Origin: the human T2T-CHM13v2.0 reference genome, Homo sapiens
Assembly: GCF_009914755.1 (NCBI RefSeq)
Contig: NC_060939.1
Direction: 5' to 3' (one strand)
DNA: 64,000 bases
Below the pieces are notes generated by a model that was given only the letters and a program-made list of their open reading frames with translations, was not told the origin of the DNA and searched no databases. How positions within the stretch are numbered: position 1 is the first letter of the stretch; every line of letters starts with the position of its first letter. Of the stretch, positions 13,048-26,400 are shown one piece after another. Made by a program: the position numbers and the translations under genes.

Positions 13048-16000
13048 AGAGAGATTTAAGCTAAGTTGCCTGGGAGTCCTTGGTGCTTTTTCGAGGTTCT
13101 ACTGAAGACAATGCCATCATCCAAGTATCTCTGAATGCCAACGTAGCTCTTGCCTCAGGAGCTCTGAGACCCATGTTATCTATTTTTGAACTGGCCAAGG
13201 CCCCCCACAGCAAGGAAAGGGATGCTCTTCCCATCCTTGTCAGCCCTCGTGTCTTGTATTCCACCCCACAGCCTCCTAGCAAGCATCTCAGTGTCTGCAG
13301 GTGAGCATGGCTGAGTTCAGTCTTGCTTACTGCAACTGTAGACATGAGGTCTGTGGAAGTAAGAATCCTCTCATTTGCTGACTGGCATTTTGTTTAAGTC
13401 CCATGTCACTAATCTCTGGCGAGACAATCCTCTTTGTGTTTCCTGGTGATGGACTTGAGTGATTTCAATGTAAACAGTGGCTCCACCTGGGAGTGTATCC
13501 CCTTCCCACGGGGAGGGGGTGCATAGCCCCTGCCAGGTTTCTGCTGTCCTCTCATCCTCCCACTGGGCTTTTCCCCTGCAGATGGCCTGGTGCCCACACT
13601 GCCTGCAAATGGTCACTCTTGCTTGTCCCAACACCACCTCCACTGCAGCTTCCAAGAGCCCTAGAAGGGCCGGGCCCTGGCTGAGCACTATTCCTAGGCC
13701 CTGGATGGCGGGTGTGGAACTATGTTCTCATCAAGGTCATTTCCTCTTCTATTTTCATCATGTTAAGTAAATCCCTCTCTCATCATGAAATGCCCTGGAG
13801 AGAACAGATGCATGGCTGTGGAGTCTTGTTCTGGGATATGTCAGGTACGGGCTCAGGTGTGTGGAGGCTACAGGGGGTGGACATGAGTGGTCTTTCTCTC
13901 GCTGTGAATCGCATGTTTTGTGCCAGCCCAAGGGTTCTGTGAAGGAGAATCAGCCGTTTACCTGGCTGAGTCTAACCCTGGGATGGCGACAGCCGAAACC
14001 CCAGCTCCATTCCCTGACCTTCCCTAGGCTGCCGCATGGGTTCCCTGGCACTGTCACTGGGCTAATGCCTTCTGTCTCCTCCTGGGGTGAGGCCAGCCTT
14101 TACTCATAGTTTCTGCCCATTCCACATCATTCTGCCTCCCACCCTTGGCTTTTTCAAAAATCTGAGCCAAGCGTGTGCAAGGGGTTAGAAACATGCTGTC
14201 CACAGGGAACTAAAATACACTGAGATGAGAAACCAGCAGCACCTGCTTTGGAGCTGTCACACCTGGGAACTGAGAAGCAAACTCTCAGAGATGCCTGGAA
14301 ACCTTGGGAGCACATGAGTTCTCTGCATATATTTCGGTTGCAGATGAGTTTCTAGTCAAAGTAAAAAACACATGAAGGGCATTCATGTTTCCAGGAACAG
14401 AAGCATCCTGTCTGATTTTTCAGAGGTGAAGGGAGCAGTCTGAAGGGGCCGTGGCATAAGTATGTCTACAATCAAAGCTCACAGCCAAGGCCCTGGGGGA
14501 GGTTCAGGTGTACCCCAGGGGGTGCGCCCCATCCAGCACTCCACTGACAGGGGCCTCATCTTTATTAAATTCTAGGCCTTTTCCTGGGCACTAGTTACAA
14601 AAGGTGGGTTCAATGAACCCTAGGTTCTGTGGCTGCCACCCATCTCAGGGTCGCACAGGTAATGATTGCCACCCCCTCCACCTTCTGCTGAGGGTCCTGG
14701 TGACCCCCTGGTGGTGTAACCCAGGCCCTCACCCCTAAGGGGTCCTGAGCCTTGCTCACCACAGAGTCCTTGGTCTAGGGCTCCCGCACTTGTCCACATG
14801 CCATCAAATGCTGTGTACCGGGAGGTACTTGCGTGGAGCCCCTCCTTCCCCAGGCAGCACAGCCCTGCTTCTGCTAACACCACGGTCCAGGTGGTACCCA
14901 TTTTTCTGCCTGCAGGTCCCATGGAGGAGTAGCCTGAGGACAAAGCAGCACCCGGAGCTTGTTTTTTCAGAGAACCTGGCCCAGCCCTGGCTAGAAGCCC
15001 CACAACTGTGGAAACCAGGGCCTCCTGCTTTTCAGAGCCTAGATATGCAGGATATAGATGCCCCTCAGAGGTCCTGGCTGTGAGGTGGAAGGTTGGGGGA
15101 CACTGGGCTTCCTACTGCTGTGCTCCCATTGCCACATCTTCTACCTGGTGGGACAAGGCAGCTAGCAAAGGTGACAGATTCACCCAGACACTGTGTCCTC
15201 CCACATCCTGACCTGGCACCTGAGCCACCACTGCTGGGTCTGAAGCTCCCAGGAGTGTGTGTGTGCTGTGACCAGCAGACCTATGGCATGTGCCCTCTTC
15301 CTCCCTCTGTGGTGTGAAATCATTTCCTCTGATGGTGTCATGTGAGGTCTTTGTCCTGATGGGTAGAACTTTCTATAAACCATCCCATGGCCCCGGGGAA
15401 AGGCAAGCTCATCCCTTCAGGTTTAGCTGTTTCTGTTAAATGCAACCCTGTCCTTCCCAGGGCCTCAGGGCCCCGTGCAGTTGTCCCAGCCTGGCAGGAA
15501 GTTCCCTTGAGGATTGTGTGGAGGGCGCAGCCTGGGCCTGACTCGTGACCCTGGCAAAGAGCAGGTGAGCCCTGGGGCTGACCACCTGCACTTCCTGTTT
15601 GGTGGTGGGAGATGTGGGGCAATATTTCTTGCATTTCCTTTAGAGAGCATCTCCCAGCCTGCCCAGACAACCAGACCCCTAAACATGTGACTTGTAGGCA
15701 GGCCCTGGCTCTCTGTGGTGCTTTTCTGTCTCCTCCAAGCACCTGTGACTCCCAGGCTTCCAGCCCTGCCAGCTTCCCCCATCTGAGCTCCTGATGCAGG
15801 GTGAGGACTGTATTGTGGCAGACAGCATGCCGGTTTACACAGTTCTGGGACGAAACTGTATGTATACATTATTTTATGTCCCGAGTAAATGAATCCTATT
15901 TATGGATACTTTTTTTGACACAGAGGGAAGAAAGGCATTGGTGAGATCCACGGGCCAGAGCTCAGCCTGTGCTCAGGCTCTGGCAGCAGCTGTGCAGCTC

Positions 16001-17326
16001 TGGAGCTGTTGCAGAGTCGGGAGGTGCTGTGTCTTTGCTCCCTGTGTTAAAGGCTTCATTTGTGTCTTTGTTCAGTTTGTTTTCTTTGACCCCTGTTCAG
16101 CAATACTGAAAATCAAGCATTCCTAAGAGGTGGAGACTTTGCTTTGGAGCAGGGGCGGGGGCATTGGGTGGAAATGGGGAATAGGTTGATAGTGGGAATT
16201 TCATTTTCTGGAGCTCACGTGCAGCCTCTTGATGGCCTCGTCACAAGTTCACCTGATGACCTGAGTGGCCACTGTCCTTCTCCTGAGTGAGTTATGTGCT
16301 TGCCAGGCACATGAGCAGTGCATGCTCACATTTTTCAAATGAAGGAACTGAGAAGGGTTTGTCAGCAGATTGTAAGCCTGAAGCTGCCAGTGTTTGGTCC
16401 ACAGTAAACCACATGTGGAGAGCTTAAAAAAATTGCCCTCAAATCTGGCAAGAAAATGACAGTAATAAATTAAATTATTACTGTGATACACATGTTTCTT
16501 TCACTACAATTAGATATATTACACATATCACAATTTTGCAGAAGTTTCTCATCTATCAGTATTTATTTATTTTTTTTTGCATAAGTTTCCAAGGAATCCT
16601 AATGATGGGGACTGTCTCTTTTAAAATTAAATTGTGTAAATAACTCCCAGAGCCATGCTGGTAAGAAACAAAACAAAACAAAAAGAACTAGAAACATGAA
16701 CAAACATTGGATTTCTGCTGTAAAGAGGATGCAAAGCAGGCCTGCCTGCTGCACCTCCCCAGAACTAATCCTTGAGCCAAAACAGCTTCCTGGTGAAGCC
16801 TTGCACTCTCTGTAACAGGGCGTGGGGGGACCAAGACATGCGGGCTCCAGATTAGACCATCTTTACCTAGTTATGGGATTTCAGTCATGTCTTTTAAATT
16901 CTTTGAGCTGCAGTTTTCACATATGTAAAGTGAAAGTATTTTTAAAATTTTAATTTGTGTTATGACCTTGTATAAAGTTAAAATAGTACATTTGAAAGCT
17001 GAAGTCAAACGTTCACGTGTGTGCATGCAATGGCTTCTTAATTATTTTAGGGCTTAACCTGGTTTTACTGGTACTGTTACTAGCACTGCTACTTCTCCAT
17101 GTCTCTGAAGACTATGAAATACTTAGAACTTAAGCAACAAGAAGCACCTGTCAAAGCGTTCTATGGCTGATGACAGATTTGACACAGCTGGATATAGTAA
17201 TATGTTCGATGGTGCCCAGATCATTGCTAAGCAGAGACTTCATGCTATTCTAAGTCGAAAGTGTCCCTAGAATTCTGAACCTGCTGAAGCAGCCTTCAGA
17301 ACTGAAGTTGAGAAAAGTACATTTTC

Positions 17327-17848
17327 TTTTTTTTTTTAATTATTATTATACTTTAAGTTTTAGGGTACATGTGCACAATGTGCAGGTTAGTTACATATGT
17401 ATACATGTGCCATGCTGGTGCGCTGCACCCACTAACCCGTCATCTAGCATTAGGTATATCTCCCAATGCTAACCCTCCACCCTCCCCCCACCCCACAACA
17501 GTCCCCAGAGTGTGATGTTCCCCTTCCTGTGTCCATGTGTTCTCATTGTTCAATTCCCACCTATGAGTGAGAATATGCGGTGTTTGATTTTTTGTTCTTG
17601 CGATAGTTTGCTGAGAATGATGATTTCCAATTTCATCCATGTCCCTACAAAGGACATGAACTCATCATTTTTTATGGCTGCATAGCATTCCATGGTGTAT
17701 ACGTGCCACATTTTCTTAATTCAGTCTATCATTGTTGGACATTGTTGGTTCCAAGTCTTTGCTATCGTGAATAGTGCCGCAATAAACATACGTGTGCATG
17801 TGTCTTTATAGCAGCATGATTTATAGTCCTTTGGGTATATACCCAGTA
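17327..17848 (-). mobile_element. Young L1 3' end (L1PA2/L1PA3-like), 5'-truncated
   Basis: T tail + TTATACTTTAAGTTTTAGGGTACATGTGCAC...CACCCACTAACCCGTCATCTAGCATTAGG; lacks the L1HS-Ta ACA diagnostic; possible TSD ATTTTC at 17321-17326 and 17848-17853. Confidence 0.93.
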
Positions 17849-17859
17849 TTTTCAGTTAA

Positions 17860-19820
17860 AGAAAGTCTGAGAGACCGTGTTGCCATCACACCCAAACCCC
17901 AATAAATAAACTTGTTCAGGATGAAGAAAAATAACAGTTGGAAATTCTACTTCACAGAAAAGATGAAAGTGTGCCAAAAATAGTAAATATGTGGAGGGGA
18001 AATTACTGTTTTAATGACATCCTCCAGGAATTACAACATGTACAAAAGAAAAATCTATGACAACATGGCACAAAAGATGAGAGGATGGTAAGGTAAGGTT
18101 TTTATATTTTATATACAGTGTTATGATATTTAATATACATTAAGTATTTATATTTTAATTTCTGAACAACTCACCAAAAATAAATAAATGAAACAAAGAG
18201 TCATAGTTAAAAAAAAAACAAGGTACAAAATCCATACTAAAAAAAAAAAAAAAGAAAACCCCATAAAACAAACAAACAAACCAAAACTACCATAATCCAG
18301 AAGAAGATGAGGAAGGCGGAACAGAGACTGTCAAAATAAGTAAAAAGGAAACCTCAATAACCACTTTTAAAACGAAATACACTTATGAGATAAAGATATA
18401 AATAGATTTGAACTGAAAAGATGGACAAATATACACTATGCAAATCTTTGTTATCAAAAACTGCAGCCAGTGTATTAATGGCAGATAAGACAGACTACAA
18501 GAAAGACAAGCTTCACCAGGGATAAAGAAGGATGTTTTATACTAATAAGTCCATTTGCTTAGAAAACCTAATAAGCATAAGCATGCATACACCTAAGAAA
18601 AATAACAAAATACATGAAGCAAAAGTTATTGAATTAAAATGATAAATGCATAAATCCACAATTTGACAATTCTAATTCTTATATCTCAGAAATTAATAGA
18701 AAAAAAACTACAACAATAAGACTACAAGGTATTAATAGGAGAGATTATAACCAGAGCACTGGGAGAAAAACAGCAATATCCAATATGCTTACAACTATTG
18801 GTTGACAACTCAAAAGTTCCCAAAAGAATTTTTGACACCAAATAAAGGTAAATAGCCTGGAAAACCTACAAGCCAGCATAGGAAGGAAGTGGAAAATGAA
18901 ACATTGATTTAAAATAAATCTGGAAGTCCGGGCGCAGTGGCTCATGCCTGTAATCCCAGCACTTTGGGAGGCCAAGATGGGTGGATCACCTGAGGTTGGG
19001 AGTTCGAGACCAGCCTGACCAACATGGAGAAACTCTGTCTGTACTAAAAATACAAAATTAGCTGGGTATGGTGGTGCATGCCTGTAACCCCAGCTACTTG
19101 GAGGCTGTCGTAGAAGAATTGCTTGAACCTGAGAGGCAGAGGTTGTCGTGAGCCAAGATCTCCCCATTGCACTCCAGCCTTGGCAACAGGAGCGAAACTC
19201 TGTCCCCCAAAAAAAAGAAGAAAAGAAAAGAAATCTGAAAAAACGAAAAGAGAATTGAGGATAAAGCTTTGCAAATACAAAATCCAAAAATCAAATGATA
19301 GAAATAAGTTCAAATATATCACTTTTTCCTACCAAACATAGAGGGATTAACCTCATATATTAAAATACAAAATTATCAATAACTAAGCAGCACTTTCAAA
19401 TTAAAGAAATTAAAAATTAAATAGTTTATAAAAATTTTAAGTAAATATTCACAGAAAGCAAGCTGCTATCACAAAATTAATTTTAGTTTAAATAAAATTT
19501 AAGGAAGAAATAATAAACAACAAGATTGACACTGCACATGGAGGGACCATAGAACCGGGTAGGTGAACCAACGTCAAGTCCAATGCTGGCCTCACCTCCA
19601 GGACATACAAAGAAACTAACAGGATAGAGCAGGTCTAGAGAGGGACACTGGAACTCATACTTCTGAATTTAAATGGGAAATAGACAAAGATGTTATGTGT
19701 TTATAAAAGGTTTTAAATCACAACAAATGCTGAATGTACATCACTTTCTAGTATATGTAATACTTACCAAATGGGACCCATATTAGGTTGCAAAAGAAAT
19801 TACAAAAACCCGGAGATAGG
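17860..19820 (+). mobile_element. Old L1M fragments (ORF1/ORF2 endonuclease region), interrupted by an Alu
   Basis: A-rich, degenerate L1 ORF2-like segments such as AAAAGATGGACAAATATACACTATGCAAAT and GGGATAAAGAAGGATGTTTTATACTAATAAG. Confidence 0.6.
18926..19230 (+). mobile_element. Alu (AluSp/Sq-like)
   Basis: GTCCGGGCGCAGTGGCTCA...CAGCCTGACCAACATGGAGAAAC...GAGCGAAACTCTGTC + A-rich tail. Confidence 0.93.
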
Positions 19821-20024
19821 GACCAAAGGACTAAAAGAAGTCAGAACAAAAAACACGCCCCATATATTTTAGGGAAAAACAGCACAGTGATTTAATGGTA
19901 AATCACTATAAACATGAAGGCATTCACCTAGAATAGAGATGAGATGCCAGAGTTCAAGACGACAACATGTGTCAGCCTGACTTTCTGAATGACTGCACAG
20001 GCAAGGCTGCCATCCATGGAAGCG

Positions 20025-20845
20025 CAGAAAAGGACACCCCTTAGGTCCTGGATGGAGGAGGATGACCCCCAATACTGGATAGAGAAAGATGCCCTCCAAT
20101 TCTGGGATGGAGAAGGATGCCCCCCAGTCCTGGATGGAAAAGGATGCCCCCTAGTCCTTGATGGAGAAGGATGCCCCCTAGTTACTAGATGGAGAATGAT
20201 GTCCCCTGAGTCCTGGATGGAGAAGGATGGTCCCCCAAGTCCTCGATAGAGAAAGATGGTCGTCCAAGTCCTGGATGGAGAAGGATGCCCCCCTCAGTCC
20301 TGGATGGAGAAGGATGCCCCCTAGTTACTGGATGGAAAAAGATGTCCCCCAAGTCCTGGATGGAGAAGGATGCTCCCCAATTCCTGAATGGAGAAGGATG
20401 CCCCCTAGTTCTACATGGAGAAGGACAAACCCAGTCCTGAATGGAGAAGGATAACCCCCCAGTCCTGGATGAAGAAGGATGCCCCCCAAGTCCTATATGG
20501 AGAAGGACAAACCCCAGTCCTGGATGGAGAAGGATGCCCCCCAAGTCCTATATGGAGAAGGACAAACCCCAGTCCTGGATAGAGAAGGATGCCCCCCAAG
20601 TCCTAAATGGAGAAGGATGCCTCCAAAGTCCAGATGAAGAAGAATTTCCCCCACTCCTGAATGGAATAGGATCCCCTTCAAGTCCTGGGTGGATAAGACA
20701 CCTCCCAAGTCCTGGGTGGAGAAGGACACCCCTCAGGTCCTGGATGGAGAAAAGATGCCCCCTAGGTCCTGGATGGAGAAGGATGTTCCCCAAGTTCTGC
20801 TTGGAGAAGGTGGCTCTGGGGACCTCATGGGGAAGGATGCCCCTT
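20025..20845. repeat. ~27-bp minisatellite (about 30 diverged copies)
   Basis: Consensus approx. GTCCTGGATGGAGAAGGATGCCCCCCAA repeated head to tail. Confidence 0.95.
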
Positions 20846-22559
20846 TTCCAGCCTCCCCATCCATACTTATCCTGACTTGTTAGTGTAGAACAAAGAGATT
20901 TGGAGGAAGAAACACAGGACTAAACTTTAGTCAGAATGTTTTCCTTTTAATCAACATTTTATAAATTCTAATTTTTATTTGATAAAAATAAGTGAAATGT
21001 ATGACATAAACACAGTGTAACAACCGATTAGACCTATTTTTCCGATCTGAGTCCTGGCTACCGGCTCTATTAGTCATTCTACTTTTCTGTATTTGCAAAG
21101 CTTCTCAAAATTAAAGATAAAAGAGTTTATTGCTAGTAACATGTATAAATAGACATTGAATAAAATGTGGCTCTTTAAAAATTAGTTTATTCTATGGGCT
21201 TCTTTTGAAAGGTTATGGTGTACTAAAATTACTGGTGGATCTTTATTACAAGCTCACTGGTAAAAATAGTCAATATGGGAATATTCTAATTTGTTAGAAA
21301 TTAGTGTTGAGTGAGTATTAATCAAAACTTTAAAACCAAAATACATGGACATAAGAATAAATTATTCGACTTAATTATCCACTGACTTTAAATTCTAATT
21401 GCTAAATTTACTTTTTGCCCATTTCACCTCCTTCAAATCTCCAAGTAACTCTTCATTTTTCTCTCCTGTCAATATTTTATTCTCCCTTATTTTTTTTTCT
21501 ATTTCCTGATTTTTTGAACAACTCCAAGGGAGTTGTGTTTTGCTTGTGTTGAATGACGTCATTACACCAACCCGTTAGGCAACTAGAACGTCACCAAGGT
21601 GAGCACTAGGAGACTTCAGACCACGGAGCCTCTCCTGATTTTTGACTCAGGTTACCTGGCAACTGTGTTTAAATTATGAGTTGTTTAATTTTTTTAGATC
21701 CCCTATAGATAAAGAAGGATTTTAATAACCATCAATTTAAAATGCACTGGGACATTTCATGACTGACATTTCTTGCAGTTTCTGTGCTGTGGCCTCATGA
21801 GTAACTGTCTGTAAGGAACATCATGTTCCTCATTCTGCCCTTGCTCCTTGGGCTCCAAAGGGAAAGACCAGAAATTCTGTGGATATAAAACATGGAAACA
21901 TTCATTCTTTAAAGGAAAAGGCGGTAAAGCAGAGATGAGGAAAGGATGGTATTGAATACATGCAAATGGATAAAATATGAATGATCATGTTCTCATGTTC
22001 AACTCAATTTTTAAAAGTGGATGTATGAGCAGTGCGAGCATTTAGTCAGGGCATGGTGGGCCTGTGGGCTAGAACAAGAGGCCACACTCAAGGAGAGATG
22101 GCACTCACGACGGGGGGCCTCTGCTCCTTTATGACTCCCCTTCCTCAGTGACCCAGAGCACCCTCCTATCACAGCCTGTAGGGGAGAGGAAGGTGTTAGG
22201 GCACTTTGAATCACAGCGGAGTGTGTGTCTACATGCTCTCCTCACATGCCACAAATCTGCATCGCTTTACAATATTTCAATAGATTATGAGTAAGGAAGA
22301 TCGCTGCAGAACCAGTAAAAGCTGCCCTCCCAGACAATGCGCTAAATTGGGTTTTACAAAGTATTGTGAGAGATCTCGGGAGAGGGGGAGCAACCTGCTC
22401 ATAGATTTTGCCAAAATCAACATTTAAACACCTCCGTTAGGCAGAAGAGCAGTGCTACTGGAATTAGTTAGCAGTTCTTTCCTGCTGGACATCTCTCAGC
22501 CTCCAGACCCTACAGAGAAGAGGCCATGACCTAAAAGCAGTTTAAAGGCTTGAAAAAAT

Positions 22560-22770
22560 AGAAGCTAAGGATTAAGCAAATATCGAAATTTAGAAAAGGA
22601 GAGAAGACTTTATTTCTTGTAGAGGGTTACAGCCTGCAAGGTGGCCACCCCACAGGCTGGGAAGAACAGCCTCCTGCCGAGACCAGAGATGGGCACTTCC
22701 AGGAGGAGGGGTTGGGGCAGGAGCTTTGGGGTGAAAAGGTTGGCTAAAGATACACAGTCATCAGGAGACA
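22560..22770 (-). mobile_element. ERV1-class LTR fragment (MER31/MER67-like)
   Basis: GAAGACTTTATTTCTTGTAGAGGGTTACAGCCTGCAAGGTGGCC...GGCTGGGAAG resembles a MER4-group LTR in reverse; subfamily uncertain. Confidence 0.45.
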
Positions 22771-23783
22771 GGCATAACAACATAAAACCAGTTGTAGGTA
22801 ACACAGAATGATTCTGATATTGATGTTCAATTCCACACACTAACAGACGTGAGAACCTCATTCACCGCACGTGGAGAAGGCACTGTATCTGCTCCGTGGT
22901 GGTCCCGATGACTTGTGTTTATCATTGCCTGGGTCTGCATTTTCTCTTCTCTAGATTTTGCTTATCCTGCAAAGTTTGTGCTGGGACATCATTTCTAGGA
23001 TTGAGTTTAAGCTGAGCCTCAGAGTTTTTATTGCAGCTACGGTGGATATGGCTTGGTTCCCTGCAGTACTCTCTGGAAAGTACCTTCCTCCATTTGAAAT
23101 CCCTGACGTGGTACCTCCTACAGCCTGCACAGCTCTGGCCTCTGCCATGGGTCTCATGGCCTCTTCTGCTAAAACTAGAGAGGAGGTTCATCCCCTGCCT
23201 CTTTATAGAGAAGAGCCACTTGCTGACTGAGCTGAAAAGGGACTCCCCACTGAGCAGGCTCACCAGTGTCCCGACAGCTGGGCAGATCATGGGGACGGGG
23301 AATTCTGAGCAGACCCTCTTCAGAAGTTGAGTCTCAAGGGGCCTTGGGGAACTTGGTCAGCAGATGGCAAGACTTCATCTGTCAGTGGGCGGGTCAGCTC
23401 AGCGGGACTCCTGTCTTTGGAACTGAGACTCAAGTCTCTACTCTGTACCAAGACAGAGATGGAGGCCAGGAAACAAGACACACAACCATTTTCCATCATC
23501 GAGGGGCAAGGCAGGGCTTGGCATGAGGCAGAACCGGGCTCCATCAATGCCACATGTCAGGAGGAACCCCTTTTCTGTTTCAATCCCTCCTGCCCATTTG
23601 TGGGAGGCATTAGAGAGGCCTGACATAGTTTTTTTTCTCCACGGCCTGAGGACGTGATAGGATTTCATTCCCGCCCCACCTTGTGGTTGGATGGAATCAT
23701 GTGCCCAATTCTGGTCAAGATCAAGAAACTGAGGTATCATTTTTGTTTGTGTGGGACCAGGAAAATGGCTCTAATTTGGCTTT

Positions 23784-24105
23784 GTGTTTGTGCATGTGTG
23801 TGAGAACGGACAGGTAAATGTGTGTAATGGAGAGTGGGTAGGTGAGTGTGTACGTGTGTGAGAGTGTGTATGTGAGTTGTGTGAATGTTTGTGAAGAAAT
23901 GTGTGATAGTGGTGTTTGAACTTGGCAGTATGAGTGTGTATGTGGAATATAACTGTGTGCGGATGTGTAAATATGAGTGCATATGTGTGTTAATGTGTGT
24001 AAGTGTGTGAATAAGCCATGTGAGTGTGGTGTGTGAGCTTGGGTCCATGAGTGTGTGTGCGTGTCTGTGTGAGCATGACAGAGTGTGTGAGTTTGGGGTG
24101 TGTGC
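23784..24105. repeat. Degenerate (TG)n low-complexity tract
   Basis: TGTGTGAG/TGTGTATG runs over ~320 bp. Confidence 0.9.
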
Positions 24106-25489
24106 AGGCCACAGCCAGTCCCTCCTGGGGTACTAGATCTTTCCAACCCAAGCACCTCAAGTCGTTCTCCTTCCTCACTCCATCCTGAGCTTCCCAGCCA
24201 ACTGCCTCTCATCCAAACTCCCACAGGGAAACAGTCCCTGGGACTAGGGGCTCTGAGCATGGCACAGTGCCAAGTCTCCTCCCTGGCCACCTCCTGAGAA
24301 CCTGGGTGTAGCACAAAACAGTCAAATATGTTCCTCTTCTGTCATCACTAACTAGAGCTCCACAGCTTCCCAGATTGCCCTGTTAGCTCTTCACCATAAT
24401 TAGCTATTTTCTGATATCATACTAACATTCCTTAATTATTCCCTCAGAAACAAAGCAAATCCGTGGGATGCAGAGGGTACGCTGATGACTTCTGCTGGGG
24501 AGAGAAGCCCAAACACACGTCCTGGGCAGAGCCCAGAGACCTGGAGTGTGGCTGCCAGTGGGCACCCGGCTGAGGGACAAGCAGGTGGGCCTCAGTGGTG
24601 GCTGCCAGGTCCCTGGACGCCGGGGGCCACCGGCTTTGCCTCTCCTCTGCCTCGGAAGCACCGGAGGCTTTGGGGATCTGGTGGTCCTCCGGCCCTGAAC
24701 GTGGACCTGGTGTGACAAAGGGAAGTTTGCCATCTCCATCCTCCTCAAGCTGCCTGTGCACCCCAGTAGCACTCACCCTCTCTGTGCTCCCGTCTGCACC
24801 GCATGTCCTGGGGTCCTTCTTTGTGCTGCACCCAGTGACAGGAACCAGTGTCCCGACTGTGACTTACTTCCCCCCTCAGGGACACACAAGGACTTTCACA
24901 TCGAGGCTACTTTTCACCCCTTCTGCCTCCTGCAGGGACGCTGCATGCAGAGGCAGGAGGACAGAGGGGCTGGTCTCAGGTGTGGCTTCTCTCATACCTG
25001 GCGCAGGTGGCCACTCCCCTTCCCCCCCCCACTCCCCCACCCCACCTCAGCTCCCGGGTGTGAATGAGAAAGGGGAACCAAGAGATCATCATTACATGGG
25101 ACATGCCACAAACCCCAAAAAGACCCATTTGGTGAAAAGAAGTAAAACAACCACAAGGCTATTTTGGCCTGAGGTGGTCTCATGGCTGAAGCAGCCGCTG
25201 GTCTCTTGCCTGGGCTACTCAAATAGTAACCCGGTGTGTCCTCCCATGTGCATTTTCCTTCGGGTTGAGCAAAAACACTTTGTCATCCTCCCACTCCTCA
25301 ATAGAGCAGAAGGGAATGAAAGGCAACTACAGGGCCTTACAGAGCTGCTCCGGGGGCCGCGGGAAACTTATCAGCATCCTAGAAAAGACAAAACCAGTGG
25401 GTTGCATGTGGCCTCTGACACCTGCCACCCTGACTGCAGGGAGTGGCCTCCCCCACCTTTCACCTTCCCATCATTAGTAAGCAAAGTGA

Positions 25490-26400
25490 CCCCCTACGCC
25501 TGGACAAAGCGCTCAAAAGCCCAGGCCCGCGGGTTAGCTCCAGCCGCTCGGCTTGACAGGGGCCAGGGAGGCGGGCCAGCCCCACAGCCAAGTCACAGCT
25601 CCAGGGCCTGGTCGCACCTGAGCAGCGCGGCCTCGGGCTGCTGCTGGCGCTGCAGGATCCGCGCCTGACCCTCCAGCCTGCACAGCGGGCACTCGGCCGG
25701 GAAGCACCTCTCCAGCAGGCGGCTCAGCACCACGTTCACGCGCCCGCGCCTGTGGCCGCGCGGGCCCCAGCTCCACTTAGCGCTCACAGACCGTGAGCCC
25801 GCAGGGCAGCGTCACAGGCTTGTGCAGCAGCCGTGGGCAGCCAAGCAGGTCGCGGGGCGCGCCGGGCGCCAGGGCCGGCCCTCCCTAGCCCTGAGCTCGC
25901 CGCCAGGCTTCCCCGCCAACAGTGGCCGTTCGCGCAGGCCGGGACACACCAGGCCGCCCGCCAGCTCCCCCAGCTCTTCCGGACTCAGCGCCTCCAACCT
26001 CCCGGCTACATGGAACGCGCCCAGGGCCACCGGGAGGCGGCCGGCGCGGGCCAGCGCGTCCCCCAGCCTCAGGCACCGGCCGCGGTCGGGCTGCGCCAGC
26101 AGGGCCAGCATGGAGCGGAAGAGCCCGGCGCTTTCTGGTACTTGCTCGCGCGGAAGGCCTCGTCGCCCTCCTCCAAGCGGTGGGCGATTGGCTTCCCGCA
26201 GCAGCAGCCCGACACTGGGGCGGCGGCGGCGGGACCGGCTCAGTGCTGATTCTCGCGGGGCTGCGACCGTGCGGGCCTGGAGCGAAGGCGCGGAGCAGGG
26301 GCGATGAGCTGCTGCTGGGAACTGGCCGGCGGGAGCGCGGCCACAGCCTTCGCCTGCAGAACCAAAAAAACGGTTTTAAAAATCTTTTTAACATCCGCAG
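25490..26400. promoter_or_regulatory. CpG island over the LONRF2-derived exon
   Basis: Very high CpG/GC content, ending sharply at the L1 at ~26401. Confidence 0.85.
25596..26353 (-). pseudogene. LONRF2P1: LONRF2 unprocessed pseudogene fragment (coding exon 1: TPR and first RING region); paralog number tentative
   Basis: Minus-strand peptides in three frames match the LONRF2 N-terminus: (I)STEPVPPPPPQC; MLALLAQPDRGRCLRLGDALARAGRLP...EELGELAGGLV; RVNVVLSRLLERCFPAEC...QARILQRQQQPEAALLRCDQALEL. ATG is ATC at 26250, there are frameshifts, and homology ends at a donor-like GTGACT with no next-exon sequence. Confidence 0.9.

Noticed and set aside
12980-13060. KSLSSRAGL resembling histone H2A SRSSRAGL in another frame
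   Set aside because: Only one short motif; nothing else of the histone fold follows
19869-20883. Repetitive ORFs in the 27-bp array, and a superficial CRISPR-like look
   Set aside because: Head-to-tail minisatellite without unique spacers or cas genes, in human DNA
23721-24314. His/Thr-rich ORFs
   Set aside because: Translation of (CA)n low-complexity sequence
24595-25668. Longest ORF in the window (357 aa, + strand)
   Set aside because: Starts at GTG, low-complexity composition, no domain; antisense to LONRF2-derived exon/intron sequence
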